A stretch of 64,000 nucleotides of DNA from Phoronis australis (taxonomy: Eukaryota > Animalia > Phoronida), in contig NMRA01000536.1 of NCBI GenBank assembly GCA_002633005.1, forward strand, positions 10,632 through 74,631. The letters are read 5' to 3'. Positions 12,101 to 27,100 of the stretch are shown here, in pieces. The first letter of the stretch is position 1, and every line of letters starts with the position of its first letter. A program made the translations under genes and the position numbers. The notes under the pieces were generated by a model, which worked only from the letters and a program-made list of their open reading frames with translations, had not been told where the DNA came from and did no database searches.

Positions 12101-15100
12101 GACCACATGTATGCTTTCCAACAAACTTTGCAATGACTCACTATCTAGAACACAGTGGAGGCAAAAGTACAGTTACAATTTAACCTTTGCATGTTTTCAT
12201 GTGCAGCATCCAAATATGGCATACTACCGTTATCAACACATTTCTGCAATTACAGAAAAGCAACTGCGCATTGTCCTCGGACGAAAACCAAACTTTTTTC
12301 AAGATAATAGAAACTTGAAGTTTTTGAAGAAATCAATACTACAATTTTGAAAAAAAAACAGTTAAATTAATGAGTACCTTTAGTTTGTATGTCGCTAGGT
12401 GAAGGCATCTCCTGGTCATCTATTTCCACACTGCTTTCCTCCGCCATATCGCTGGCCGTTTTACTGTCATCATGGCAACCATTGGTGCCACCATTTTGGC
12501 ACATGGTAGAAGTCTCAAGAGGGGTGCAACACGACTCTTTCACTCCATCAACTCCCGACTCGGCTGCAATAAGTCAATATATTTCATGTCAGTTACACAC
12601 TTCAGTCATTTTATCACGAAGGCACACATCAGCACGAAGCTGAATTGAAATAAATGAATCAGTTAAGGGTGTAGTTGCACCTCCACTCGTATCAAAATAC
12701 CAAAGAATAAGGCCATAAGACAGTGGCAACCAATATGTGTCTATAGCAGACATACTGCAACACTTACAATACCAATGAACTTAGTTGGGTGAAATTCCAT
12801 GTTTCAAAAAGAATTGCCGAGTTTGAAATTGACGCAGTTCACTTTCTCAGAATTCTACGAGATGACCACGCAATAGATGACCACGCAATAGATGACCACG
12901 CAATAGATGACCACGCAATAAATCCCTAAGAGTGAAGGATATCCGTCTTTCTACTTAATGCCACCTCCTCTAGTTAAGAGTAACAAAAGTCAAAGACCAG
13001 ACACAAGTAAACAACGCGCACCGATATATCGCTGATCAGAGCCTAATTAAACCTGGATGACCACAGCATTCTGCTTAATTGGGGAAAAGTTAAACCAGGT
13101 GTAGTGTTAAGTCTAATTACACTGCCTCCAGCACACCTTAATAGCATCACAAACCTGGCATACCTTTCTGCTCGAGTGCCGCACCTGACAGGTACAACGA
13201 TTACCTGGGAACTAGTTAAATACCTAACAGACCTGGCGAGTGACTGACGGATTCCATTAACAAAAACAACATGGAAGTTGATCACATCGGTATGCAAAGC
13301 CCAAACATAACAATTACCAGCAAGGGACAACTGGTTAATAGAGTCAATCCTAACTTAAAACACCAGCTTTGTTTTAATAAAGAATTACTACACATTACAA
13401 GAAATCAATTCGTCATTTCAGAGTATAATACAAGCTACTGCAAATTCTCCATTTGTTTCGCACAGAAATAATTGTCAAAACTGTCATTTTCCATTTTTCA
13501 AAGGCAAATAACTATGCTCCAAATAACGGAAACTTTTCTAAGTGTTGTTTTATGGCATCCACAAAGCACCCATGCTCAAGAATAAGCAATTTTTTATTAA
13601 TTTTTATTTTAGTGGAGGAATTGGACAATAATAGAATTTCAGTAATGTTGGCCATACTGTGTGTCGGTATATAAGCAAAGAATTACAATACGAAATTTTG
13701 ACACCAGTAATGACAGTAAAAGAATCGGCAAATCATCAATGAACACAAAAGTTGCCATCAAACTTAAACACAAGTTTCCTCAAATTGATAACCTTTAAAT
13801 TACTTTTTGTTCTGATCCTTTTCAACAAAAAAAACACAAACAAAAACACATAGCGTGCTGTTGCTGTACAAAGATCTAAATCTAAAACTGGAATCAATTT
13901 CCTTACAGCGAGGCGATTATGCAGAAAGTGCATATAAAACGTTCACAGACAGGGGTACATCTGCTGCCTGTTTTACAGCACAGCTCACCATTAAGCAGTC
14001 CACTGGCACAGGTGAACTGGGTACATTAAAGGTGTTCTTTTAATGTGGTGCCAGCTACCATCTGGTGCGAGTTACGGGCAAGGTTGGTGAGTTAACAAGG
14101 GTCAGCTGCTATGTCATTATAACTGTGACAAACACAGCCCTGGGAGAAAACTAGCCTCCTTTCATAATACAGTAAAGTTCTTGACAATATTGACTTCCTT
14201 ATTTGGAAAAATCATGTTTGCAGACTGTAACATAGATGCTGTTACTTTACATCTTACATAGTACCTAACGGTTCACCACACAAGAGTGTTGAGAAGGAAC
14301 GTATAGTTTCTTTCACATTAAAATGGTTGTCATGTATTCGTAAAACAGTAAAACACCATGTGTTTGTTGTTCTGCTTTTGCTGACTGCAGGCATTGTATT
14401 ATTTTAAGTAACAGTATGATATGTTGTGTACAGACAATATGTAAGGTAACTTTTTCACGAGCTACAGTACATCACACCAAGTATTGGGAAAAACCTGGTC
14501 CAACCATGAGAAAGCCAAGGTTCCAGAGAAGGGTTACCAGAATCGTAAACACCTGTGTTCACTACCTGATGAAAGCCAAGGGCAATTTCTTTTGTACATT
14601 AGTTTGTATGGGAAGCCATGAAATTTGCATAATATGGACTTTTAGACTAGACTGCATAAAACTTAAGAAAATATCCAGACGACAAATTTGATTGATGTTT
14701 TGAATCAGAAACGAGATGTGCAACGAAATAGAACATGACATGTGAAGTCATTGTTTTATCCAACGTAACCACCCGGTCCTGTGTTTACCGTTAATATCAA
14801 AAATGATTTGAAGCAAATATTTGCTTCGGAATCGTTTTGATATTATAGATATGACCAAAACCACCTCAGTAAAATACTAGCAACGTCTCTTAGAAAGCCA
14901 CAGTTGACATCTTAAACTGAGCAAAGGTAATTTGACTAAAGTTTTTCACAGTAGAAACACGCTCCTTTATAGCCAACACCAGCCTCCACTCAAACCACTA
15001 CCAGTGATGGCCAAACAAAGATAGCTACAGCCAGGTTCTCACAACAGAACCATTTTCTCTCAAAAGATGTCTCTACATGTTGAAATAACACTAACAAAGT

Positions 15101-18100
15101 CAACTAATCAACTAACAGGAGATAACACCTAGGTATCTGAATCAAAACTATGCCAACTGTTACTTTAACCACTTAAAAATGATAATCTGATGCTCAAAAC
15201 TACAAAAACCAGTAAGTTTCACAACACTCTCATATTTCAATAACACATGACAAATGTCTGCAGCAAACACTAACCATGTGACATGTGTCTTCAGACTTCC
15301 AACTCAGACAGCTATAATTTGTCAAAACAGTTTGAGAAAATGTCTTGGGTGAATCACAGCACACAGGTATAATAGGAAATACCTGGCTGACATGGCACCA
15401 CGCATGTTACTTGCCCTTTCACCGATTGGCTAACAGCAAAAGCACAAGGGTAACTGGTAGCACATGTCACCTGACTCTTGACAGCAACCTTCAAGGTACC
15501 CTTGAAGAGTTGAATCATGTGGTAAAGTCATTTGCTGACTGTGTTTACAGGAAAAATTCCAGGTTGGCTTATTAAACTGAGCCTAGACAAGGTACCTAAG
15601 TCTCAACAAAGGTTTGCAGAGGGCATTGAGCAAGGGACAGGGTCTGGTTCGGCAAAGGGTTACACTCCTTAAATGGTATGACAAGAATGGTTTCTTCATG
15701 AGCAAACACATCATGACAACAAATAGTACGTTGTCATGTTACTGTCTTGGTGCGTAGACATTTACCCTGTAAGGTGATAATTCTTCCATTTGGCAAAAAA
15801 TAATGGCCATTTTTCTATTTTCAGAGGCTTCCTGCACTGTTACAAATGCTTAATATTTTACCAAATGTATCACACAGACCATGCTAACAGCAAAGTATAA
15901 TTTTCTTGAAAATTATTTTTGTTGAAAAATGGGATACCTGTCCACCAAATTGTGTCCCGAATGGAAGAATTTTTGTCGTAATTGAATTTCTCGAGAAAAT
16001 CATTGCGGCTTCCACTAAATTTCATGATGAGAATGTTATATTGGATCTTTGGTCAGTTATGGACAGATAATTTGAAAAATGTCGGCCTCAGTTCTATGAA
16101 TGACCCAAGTCTATGTAAGATCAAGGTTGGTTTTCATGAATTGCAGTTTTCGCGATACATTAAAAATTACCTATTAGCAAGCTTTTGCGTTTACAAAGAA
16201 TGCCCTTATCTAGTAAAAAAATCAAAAATTTTACCTTTTCATGTCTAGTTTTGCAATCCTATAATGAACAGACTACACTAAATCAATAAGGAATTTTGCT
16301 TACCCTTGGGAGAGTCGGCCCATGAATTGTTTTTATTATTCTTTCCACAAAGTCACAGGGTTAATGCTGCAGTTAAGGCCAAAACCTTTGCAAGAGGTAT
16401 TTACTGTGAAAACATCAAGACATAATTTTTGTGTAAATTGAGCTTATCAGCTCCCAAAGCATCAGAAAACTGTGAGTGGAGGTCGCCCATAAATCCATGG
16501 AATGGCAGAACACACCAGACTACAGAAAAAACACCAATTAAACAATAGGGTTTTAATATGCAACCAATATTTTATACAGTAAGATACTGATCCAGGCTAA
16601 AAATGTTGACAATATGTAAGTTTACCCGATGGTTTGTCATCTAGTACAAAATTCCAACTACATTTAATTTACCCACTTAGTCCGTGACAAAAACAAAATA
16701 TTCTATTTCACTTTCATCTTAAACAAAATTGTTGAAACTCGCTAATGGAATAAAAGAAAACACATTTACGGACTAATAACAGAAATAATAATAAATTAAA
16801 ATTCATGGAAATCTGCAGTGCAGGTGTGAATTATAACAAAAATCTAGTTTTAAAAGAACACTGGCCAACAGGTGTTAATGTATTGTAAAGTCATTGAACA
16901 GTAGCTGACCCGAATGGCAACCAGGTCATTAGTTTTTGTTTCTGCACTATGAAATCCCACCAATGGCATGCTATGTCACCAGTTCCTGACAAGGATATTA
17001 ACCGACCTCATACCTTTACAACATGGAACAATTTACTCCAAGAGAACTGCTGGTAAACTTCACAATACATGATTTCGCGAAAACAAAAGAACAGTCTAAT
17101 GAAAGTGATATAAACAAAATAAAAATGAACTCTAATAAACACCAACATCTCTACATGGAAAAGATGAGCAACTGCCAGGTGCATACTTCTTCATGAGCGA
17201 TGGAAAGATTCAAGCTGACTGCTAGAACCATTGGAAGAGTGAATTTCATACAATGTGGGAACAAGCGACAACTTTGAAGAGGAAAACAGCCCTATTCTGA
17301 TGTCACCTTTAGTAAAAGTACAGATCCTTGGTAATCTGGAAATACATCTTTCTGTATTTAAGCATTAACTGTTCCACTCTTAGAGACATAAACAGACCTT
17401 AGCTAATTTTTTCACTTGTCAGTGTTTTGGCCAGCTCTTCACTAGTGTTTACTCTCATTTAAAGCCATCAGTGTCCAATGACATGGAATTCAAGACCATT
17501 CCACATCAGATCACCCTGTTAGCTATGTTTAGTGTGTGGCCTGCCATTGTTTGTCTTGGATCCACTGCTCAAGAATTTGTTTACAAAACCAATGTCTCCA
17601 AACCTTTGAAGACATTAGGATGTCATCTACAAACACAACAGAACATTCTTTTTGAAACAAGAGAGAGGGGAGGTGGTGATTCACAAGTCTCAGAAGTAAA
17701 TTTCTTTGCAACACCTAAAGATGACATTAGCACATCTTATCAAATAAGGAATTATCGCAGTAATTCTCTGAACAAAAATTATGGTCAAATTGGCACTTTT
17801 TCATTTTACAAGAACACATGTCAGTCTGAAAACATGATGGAAGCTATGGTGATTACATGATGATCCAGCCTTTACTTGATACTACCATATTTACTGACAA
17901 ACCTGAAAACAGAATTTCACTTGAATCACCTTATTGGCGATACTTTACAGGATTTCCTTTCAGCATTTAAAGATAATAGTTTTCTTCTCGTTATTCATAA
18001 AGTTCTGCCAGTTATTATGATTTTTATGCCTTTAAAATCATTCATATTTCTGGAAATATCCAAATAATACTAAAATCGCTTTAACAACTGCTTCTTACAC

Positions 18101-21100
18101 AAACCTGCTAAAACGCATTTTCTACAGGACTACAACACTATGGCATTTTCACCACCAATGACAATGGCATGACCACAAACTGAACCACTTGACAACAGTG
18201 CTGGCCTTGGGTAGATCCATCAGAAATTTCATACCTATGTTGGACAAGCTGTACATTGAGTTAAGCTCAGACAAAGCACAGCCAACAACCACTTGCTGGC
18301 CTAGGGGTAAAACAATCAAACCACCTCATTCAAGACTAATTAATAAGATATTTTTGTTTATGCAGAATGCCACTACTGTTTATGTGTTCATCCCAGACAA
18401 GGGCGAGAATAACCTTGTTAACCCTCCAAAGGTGTCCATCAGGTTTGGCACCACCATCAACCATTTTGTGGAACTCTAGTGTTCTCACTTCTTGTTGAAC
18501 ATTTGTGGTTTCGTTTTTTCAATGGTGGACCTGACCTGCCAAAACCATATGAAAGGATTTGTCAAAACATTGACAGTGTTGGACCTGTTCAACAAGTCTG
18601 ATTAGCTTTTTAGGGATCAGTAAACAATGCGACTTTGATTTCAAAACACTGGCATGGGGTTTTAAAGTACTAGAAAAGCCACTTCAGAATTCTTGTTGTA
18701 TTCTCTGGCAGTTGGTGCCAAATACGAAACATAAGTACCCGGTAAGCTGAAAATTACAAGAGGCAGTTTCACATTTGAACATGCTACATTTTTATTTTAA
18801 ATCCATTGATGAACACCATTTTTATAAAAAATAGCAAATAGCCAAATGTAAAATGACTCACAATAATTAGTTGACAATACGTTTGTTTTAGCCATTCACT
18901 ACTTCTCTGTGACAGGTAAAACACAAAGAGGCCAAACTGACCCACGTTAAAGGTCTTTGAAAAATGAAAAAAGAACGATTTTGGTCAGATTTTTACTGTA
19001 ATGGCGACCAATTGGACTGTGTCTGAGGCACGTGTTCCGACTCCACTTTTCGAGCAAAACTTAATGCAAGACACAGCAATTGAAACAGTTGATTCCTGAT
19101 TTTGCTCCAATTTTTGTTTGACTTTTAAACAAAGTGCTGTTTTCACACTCCGATATTCACTGGTACGATGTTAATGCAAAGTTACATAGGAAATATCACA
19201 GCAATGTGAAGACTGGCATTAGGAATATAAGGAATACAAAAAATTGAGTCAAGCTGACCTTAATAATGATAAAGACATGATGTCATGCCAAAACTATAAT
19301 ATGGTAGAGTGCATAGCAACTTCAAGGAACAGGTAACTGGAGTCTTGCTTATGGGTGAAACTCCTAATCGTAAACAAAGCCATATTCTGTTTCTTCAAAG
19401 GTGTCATAAAACTTATGCAGGAGCTGTAAAAATGCATTAACGATGGTTCAAGTAAAAAACATATTGCAGGCAAAACACAACATGTACAAAAATGATACAA
19501 TAACTTGGCAAATTGTTTGGTGCAATCAAAATTCATATACCGGTAATACAAATTATTATTGTGAATCACCAGAAAAATCAGAAAACTATCACATGACAAA
19601 ATTCAGACAGATTTTCAATACAAGAATTTCTTCAAATCATTTCACCCAAAATCAAGAACTGCATAAAGGCAAACAATTTCTGTAAAATCATAGATTTGGT
19701 GCCACTGACTTGCTGAGAACCTAAAACATCAGTAGTTGTCTCCACCAACAGATTACCTAGAAGATCAATAGGTGTCGCTGCTGTCGCAGTCACCACCACA
19801 ATTCCTTCACAGATGCAGAACAGATGTGGCTGTTATCAAATCACCCATTTGTAATGAGTGGATAGGTAGACAACATCTCTCACAAATACCCTTGAGGGGT
19901 GACAGGGAACCAGAACACAGTTCACTCTTCATTCCAGACTTCATGAGAGTTAGTGGATAGGGTTGATCTGTGAACACGCCACCTGGGGCCTGTCTCATAC
20001 AAAGTGACACAAATTTGGTCCTCTGCTCCCCCTCACCCAGTTGCTGAAAACAGGTTTAGCTTGCTATATTATGAACTCATAGCAGACTATAAATAATTTC
20101 TAGAAATTATCTCAGTAAATAGCAGTTGCATATCAATTCTCAAAGAGTTTGCACTTTTATTCAAGTGAAATTTAATATTTTTCAGAAACGGTTTCGTGGA
20201 GCGCAAGACCAAATTTCTGTCTTAAGTCTAAAGTCATTTTTCATGAACAGGCCACCAGAACTTGCAGTTAATAGGAATGTATGCCTAACACAACGCCCAT
20301 TCCCGTCAGGTAGAACAAAGCTGGGATTGACAAAAGGGAACATCAGACAATTATCCAACTAAAAGACCACACATGTACTCAAATGAGAAACAAGCATTCA
20401 GGTGTGATTTTGACATCAAAATGGCTGCCATGTCTAAAATCATGAACCTGATCACGACGAAAAAACGGCTTCGAGCTTTTTACGAGCCATGTGTGGAGTG
20501 AAAATAATACAGTAGTCATAGGCTAAATGTGACCTGTAGTGTGCGAACAAAAAACTAATGAATGATTAAGAAATATGGCTTTAACCAAATACATAACATA
20601 ACCATAAATTTTTTGTCACTTCTGGGGAAAATGGAGGGAGTAAGGCTTTTTGAGACGAAGCAGAGTTCAGTAACAGGAAACAGTCACAGATGTGCCATCC
20701 AAACAGTTTTGCTGATGCAGGTTCACCAGATAAAAGCACTCGAGGTCAGGTAATCTGTGGGCAGAAACACTTTCTACAAGATTGTTCCCGTGGCAACAAT
20801 CAGAGCCTCCCAACAAGGTGTCTTGGAAGTTGAGTGCCCAGGACCAACCTCGGTGATTAATCGAGAGACAACACGCAAAAACTTTGAAGTGTTTGTCTTA
20901 GTAACAGTGTGAACTTGGGAACCCGGCTTGTTTCCATTTTAATCACCCTGTTGCGAAAACAATCAGGCTCAAACTGTTGGGAATTTTGCAAAACTTTAAA
21001 TTCATCCTGAGTGATTTGAAATGCCTGAAACTTACATTAGTGCATGAAACCAAAAATTACATTATCAGATGTTTAGAAAAAAATGAGAAAAAAATCAATT

Positions 21101-24100
21101 GATGCATTTTCCGTTTTTCAAATCTAAATTTCCCCTGTAATGATATTATTAGAGCCCAGCTGGACCAGCCAATGTACAGAATCCAACTAATAAAGGTAAG
21201 GTTCACACCAGAACAAGACTCCTTACTTGAAAAACAGAAATTATCAATTATCTGGACAACCTCCAACAGGCTTGGGACTAATCCAAACAAGGCTCTGCAG
21301 TCTGAGATAATACAAGAGGCTTTCACTTCAGCCAAGTGAAAGGAATTTATTGTTTTAAACACTACCTTTATGAAAACATTCAGGTTCTCCTATAAACAAT
21401 TATGAAGCTAGACCATTCATCGTCTGGGGCCACATTCCTTACCTAAATTAACGGAAACATGAAAAAGAACACTCCAAAAAGAACAACTGCTATTATACAG
21501 CATCCGGGCATCACGTAATTAAACCCATGACAGGACACTGTATACAGCAGGACAGTCATACAACCACCTTCCAGGCCTGGTAACTCAATCCCTCAATGGC
21601 CAAAGCACTCAGTTAGATAACCCAGGAACAGCCAGTCCTATTAAACACAGGAGTCTGTCTACACCTTAATGTGGCATGTAATTGCAAAACCTGACCCTCC
21701 TTCCTGAAATCACCAAAGACAGCATCAACAACACATGACTGCCACCTAGCAGCAAGGGGTGTGACTGCATCACCACCTTCACCAGTGCATCACAAGGTTA
21801 ACACATGATCAGCTGCTGACCACGTTTAGAAATCCAACAGGTTGTTGGAACCAGCAAGAATTGTAGACGTGTACTGAATGGCCAAATACATTTGGAAACG
21901 TAGAATAATTAAGACATTTACAGAAATTCAGACTGTATGTGAACGACGTTTGTGAAACTGAATTTCTCACGGAAACACGAGGATGAGATTTTCAATTTAA
22001 AGCCACTATAAACCTGCATTCTGACAAAGAAGTGGACTATTGATTTAGACTTATTACCACAATAAAATTCGTCTCAACTTGTTCCTACCTGAGGTAAGAA
22101 AAAATTTCTGGGCTTATCATCTCTAAGACTAGATGCTTGTAAAATGACAGTCAGTCAACAGGGCAACTTCAGGTGTTATGGGAAGATTCCCATGGCAGCT
22201 GTATGGGGAGATGAGATGACAATGAGTTCAGGCAGTTATTACCAGCAGGCTGTAAGCAAAGCACAACTCTATTCTGCACAAAATGACAACTTGACACGCT
22301 TTGACAAAAATGAGAAACTGTAAAGTCTGTCATATAATCTCCAAAAATGCTCTCTACCGTCCCTACTAAACTCCGCATAATTAGGAAACCTCTTTTTATT
22401 TCAATAAATTAACCACATTTAGTCACTTTTCACCCAAAATCCTACCAAAAGTGGGCTGATGACACGAAATATTACTAAGGACTATTATCCGGTGAGTTTT
22501 ATGCAATTGTTTAGTTAGGATATGAATATTTCACTTAAAGAAAGATTTAACTAAAGTTCAGAAACTGATTTGACACATGGAAATACAGGACTAGAGGCCA
22601 GTAGTCAAGGTTGGCTAAAATCCAATCAAGCTGCCAACAGGTAACCTCAACAGGTGTGATATTATCAGATAAACCAGATGATTGACTAGCTCAACTTTCA
22701 CTACCTTATCAATGCAGTAATTGCTTGTTTTCTATCCTTAAAGCACAGGTACCTCTTCCCCATGTATTATGTAATAGTCTAGACCCCAGGTAATAAATAC
22801 TGCAAGCCATGCACAAGGTGAGAATTGCCTATTATGACACATTAGGTTCAACACTATTCACAATTGCTAGGTAAACACAGATAATGGTTTTCCAATAGCC
22901 AATGCTCAAGTGGAAGTGATTACCTACACAATGACTAAGTACACAGATAACAGGTAGTAGTAGTGGGGTAGGAACACATGTTGAACAAACACTTATGTGT
23001 ACATACATGTGCACAAGTTTGTATCTGCTATACCTACATGAAAATAACAAAATAAACGTAACAAACAGCAACAAACACAGAATAACGGAGAGGAACTAAA
23101 ATGCCTAAGTAAAATCTCTCTAATTTAGGGCATAGAATGGCTGACATCTGAAATTTTGTTTTATGATTTTTGATGCTTTACTGTGTTCAAGTATTGTATG
23201 GCATCTACTAAAACACAAAATTTTGAAAACTTCTCCATACTGACAGCAATGTAATACCTTGGAGAATGTCAAAAGGGCCATTTTGGCAATTATTTGTGTC
23301 TGAAATAGGCGAGATTTTACCCTAATCTCAGTAGCTGCAGGAGAAAACAAATGGTGAAAAGTAGATCACAGATTTTCCAGTTACAATTTACATAGAACAC
23401 AGAATTGCAGGAATTGTCCACTAATACCCGATTCAAACTTGCCCTGCAAGTTGGTTTCAGTGCTCTTAGAATGTGACCACGCACGTATTGCTTAATGAGT
23501 GGTGTGTATAGTGCACGAGTAAAATCTCCTTCAAACTATATTTTTGTAGAGTCCAAATTTCTATTATTATCATACTGTACTCTAATTTGAAGACTTTTGC
23601 CTGGATCTAGAATAACAATAAACAAGGTTCACTCCTTTTGTCATCAACCATTAACCAAGCAAAACTAAAAACCTAGCATGTAAATGGATTAATTGAAACA
23701 GCCCTGTATTTTTATACCCAATGTGTTTGTAACATAGACACAAACTGAAAAATAGAAAATAACAAAAATTGTATAATAATATAAAGATCTAAGTCGTCAT
23801 TAACATGATCCATTAAAACATGCCGACATGAACAATTTTCAAAATCGAGAAGTCTGATCTACAGCCAAACGTACACAATTCCATAATCCAAGTTGTCTAG
23901 GCCAGCAAACAGACAGCAGTAGCTTGCCATTAATTAGAGACCCAACAATGACAGATTACATATCTGGCATGCTTCATTTAATTTTGATTGGTTTATTATC
24001 CAAGGTAATCGCCAGGTAATCACACACAAACTACATAATTACGCATCAGCGGCAGGCACTTCTAGAATTTCATACATGCATTCAATGACTGGTAAGACAA

Positions 24101-27100
24101 TGCATTGATTGTCTCAAACATTTCCTCTTTTCTGATTTAAGTCTGTACTCTTAGGAGCACTTTCGCTGAAAAATACTTTAGCATACGAGGCATATGAAAA
24201 AACACAAGCATTTCAATGACAACAATAATTTATAATAATCGTTCGATTCTAAATTCAAATAAGATTTTTACCTTAGAGTAGCCTTCTAGAGAACCATCGC
24301 GAAAAACAATTTTTGTAAATTTGAAAGGTTTTAAAATAAAAATGGACACAAAAGTCAAGCAATATTTCACCCCCCTCTAGTCTAACCATATCATTCAGCA
24401 CTGCAAGCCCGTGTTTTTCAGAACAAAATCATTACCCATCCATCTGTGTGCGCAAGGAATATCTGACACTTAAAAACTATCATTACACCCACAAAGGTGA
24501 TATCACAGCAAAATTTCCCTCAGATTTCTTCTAAATTCCAATAATCCCAAGTCTAATTGCAAAGCAAAGTCCTTCTCGTTTATCATAATCAAACTGACAT
24601 TTGCTGGAGTGACGCTCAAGGATGTGCAGTTGAAGCACCTTTTCCTTTTACTGTCTGATTGGCTGACAGGAGAAGAGGTGGTGCATTGCCATTGGCTCCC
24701 TGTAGTCCTTGAGGTGGAGAGTGCTGTCAATGACTCACCTCTCTCTTGGAAGCAGAGGATCACTGAACAACCAGTTCAAGTTCAACGATAAATGCAAAAT
24801 GAAAACTCTTTGAATAGTAACAACTAAAATCATCTAATTTGCCTTCTTTTAAGAATTGGTCAAAAAGGTATAAAACATGGTGACTAAATTGCGCCAAGTT
24901 TCTAGAATTGATTGCACCTACAGGCGGTCAATGCTCGTTTTTATTCAAAGCAGCATTTGTTTTCAACTCAATGTTTCAACGTGAAGAACTGCTAATAAAG
25001 CTGGTCTATCAAACTGGACTGAAAAACAATTCCAGAACATCCTCGGTTGTAAATAACAGATAACCTGCCACTGAATCACACCTGTCATACTTTGCAAGGG
25101 TGTGCAGTGGTGGAATGAGGATTCATTATAGTTTTGGGGGTGGCACACTTTGAGAGCCAACCATGAGCATATATAGTACATTTTCCGAAATTTGAACAAA
25201 AGCATTGGAAAAAATTGTAATTTTTCTGCACTTTAAAAGTATGCTACAACTTCATTGTGTGTTTATTGATAACACTGAGTTGTACTGCATAAACTGTGCA
25301 AATAATAGTTTTTTGCCTGCTTATGTTCTTTGCAAAATTTTGGTAAAACAATTTTCACTATTCCGAAATATTGTGAAGAAATAAAGTCATTTTCAACAGA
25401 AGATACAATTTGGGCGACGAGAAAGGTAAAGTAAAAGAAAAGTCGACAATTCAAAAACACATTCATACTTACCTAAAGACGCCTTCCGCTTTTTTCTACA
25501 CAGGAAAATATTCGTTGCTGACAAAAACAAGCCATTACTAAAACCTACGTATTATTTAGTATGCATGGGAAATCATCAATTCTACAAAGATGTCAGCTTC
25601 AACTTGTCTAGTGATAAAGGGCACACTCTCTCCAGGGCTATTAACATGTGAACAATGGGGACCGACTAACACCGTGATCTAATCAGACATAAAATAATGT
25701 GCAAGAAAACCAAGGTAGGATTCAGAAATGGCTTACATCTCACAGTACGAAACTGGATAATGAAACTTCTAGTTTGCGGATGCCAACAGTGCCAATAATT
25801 TTACGACTTGTCCCAGAAAATGGTCTCGTAAAATTACATTTATGGTTTAGACTATGTGTTCCCACAAAAAATGTGATTTTAGGCTCTCACAAATGCCGGA
25901 TGATTTTGGGAAAAAGGCAAAATCGAATCTCAAGATTAGACCAAAAAATCACACCAATCGCCATCCTTTTTGGTACCTTCTCATAATGATTCTAAACCAT
26001 GATGCTTTGGAACTAGACCCCACCAATTGCATATTTTTTGATACTGTTTTTATATTTACAAGTAAGTTTCACAACACATTTTGAAACCGACGGTAAATAT
26101 GACAAGATTTTCGACATCAGGATTCAGGTTAGTCAGAGCAGTCTGAATTCTCACACAAAGCAAATTCCTTCGTCACCGCATCATCTAGATCGAACCAATC
26201 AGAAGCCATCTATGGTATGATACATTGCAACACCGCGTTGATGATGACAAAAGTTTACGGTAACCTATCTCCTCAAAATGTACATATTATCTACCTACAC
26301 CAGTATACCCAAGTGACACATTGGAATATAGCTCGCTAATGTTCATGTCCGTAATTACATTTGCATAGATATAGACGCTGCTATCATTTCACTGGCACAA
26401 CCTGTTCACCTATTTCTAGGAGCTGAGAAAGCTGACAATGGTCTCTCGTGGGCTGCAAAAGTCAACACATGGTCAGCCATGTACGACCAATCATTTATCA
26501 ACATGACATGATATTAAAAAGGATATTTTTATCAACAATTAAAAACCTACCAAGCTCTTTGAATTTCCAAAGATATTAAACTGGTCTTAAGGTCTTCTAC
26601 CAGACTACTGACAAAAATCTGAAGTCAATAATCTTGTAGTTCAAACTTCCAGATGTACCTGTCACCTACTATCAAATGTTGCATTTTTCACAGACAATTA
26701 GTCTAGGTGTTAAGAAACTAAACAGTCAGTTAAGAAACTAAAATCTGAAAATATCACTTTTCCAATACACATAATGTAGTATGGTGCAGTATGTAAAATT
26801 ATCTTCAATTTAGGATACAGTATGGTCAGCAAGTGAAACTTAATTTTCATTTTTGCTTGCAGCATGCGTAACACCAAATTAAATGCTTTTCCATGTTCAA
26901 ATTCTGTTTCACAGCTACCCGCAAAAATGTGGGCATTCAGAACAATGTTAGAAGCCTATGAAAAATGAAAAAAGGGTAGTTTAGCAATTGTTTTTGTTCA
27001 AAATGTGTGAGATTTTACCCCGTTTGATCACAAAAATAGAATGTTTAGCTGCGGAATAAGAAAAATAACCTCAATGATAAGTCATGTTTTTCAAGAGCTC

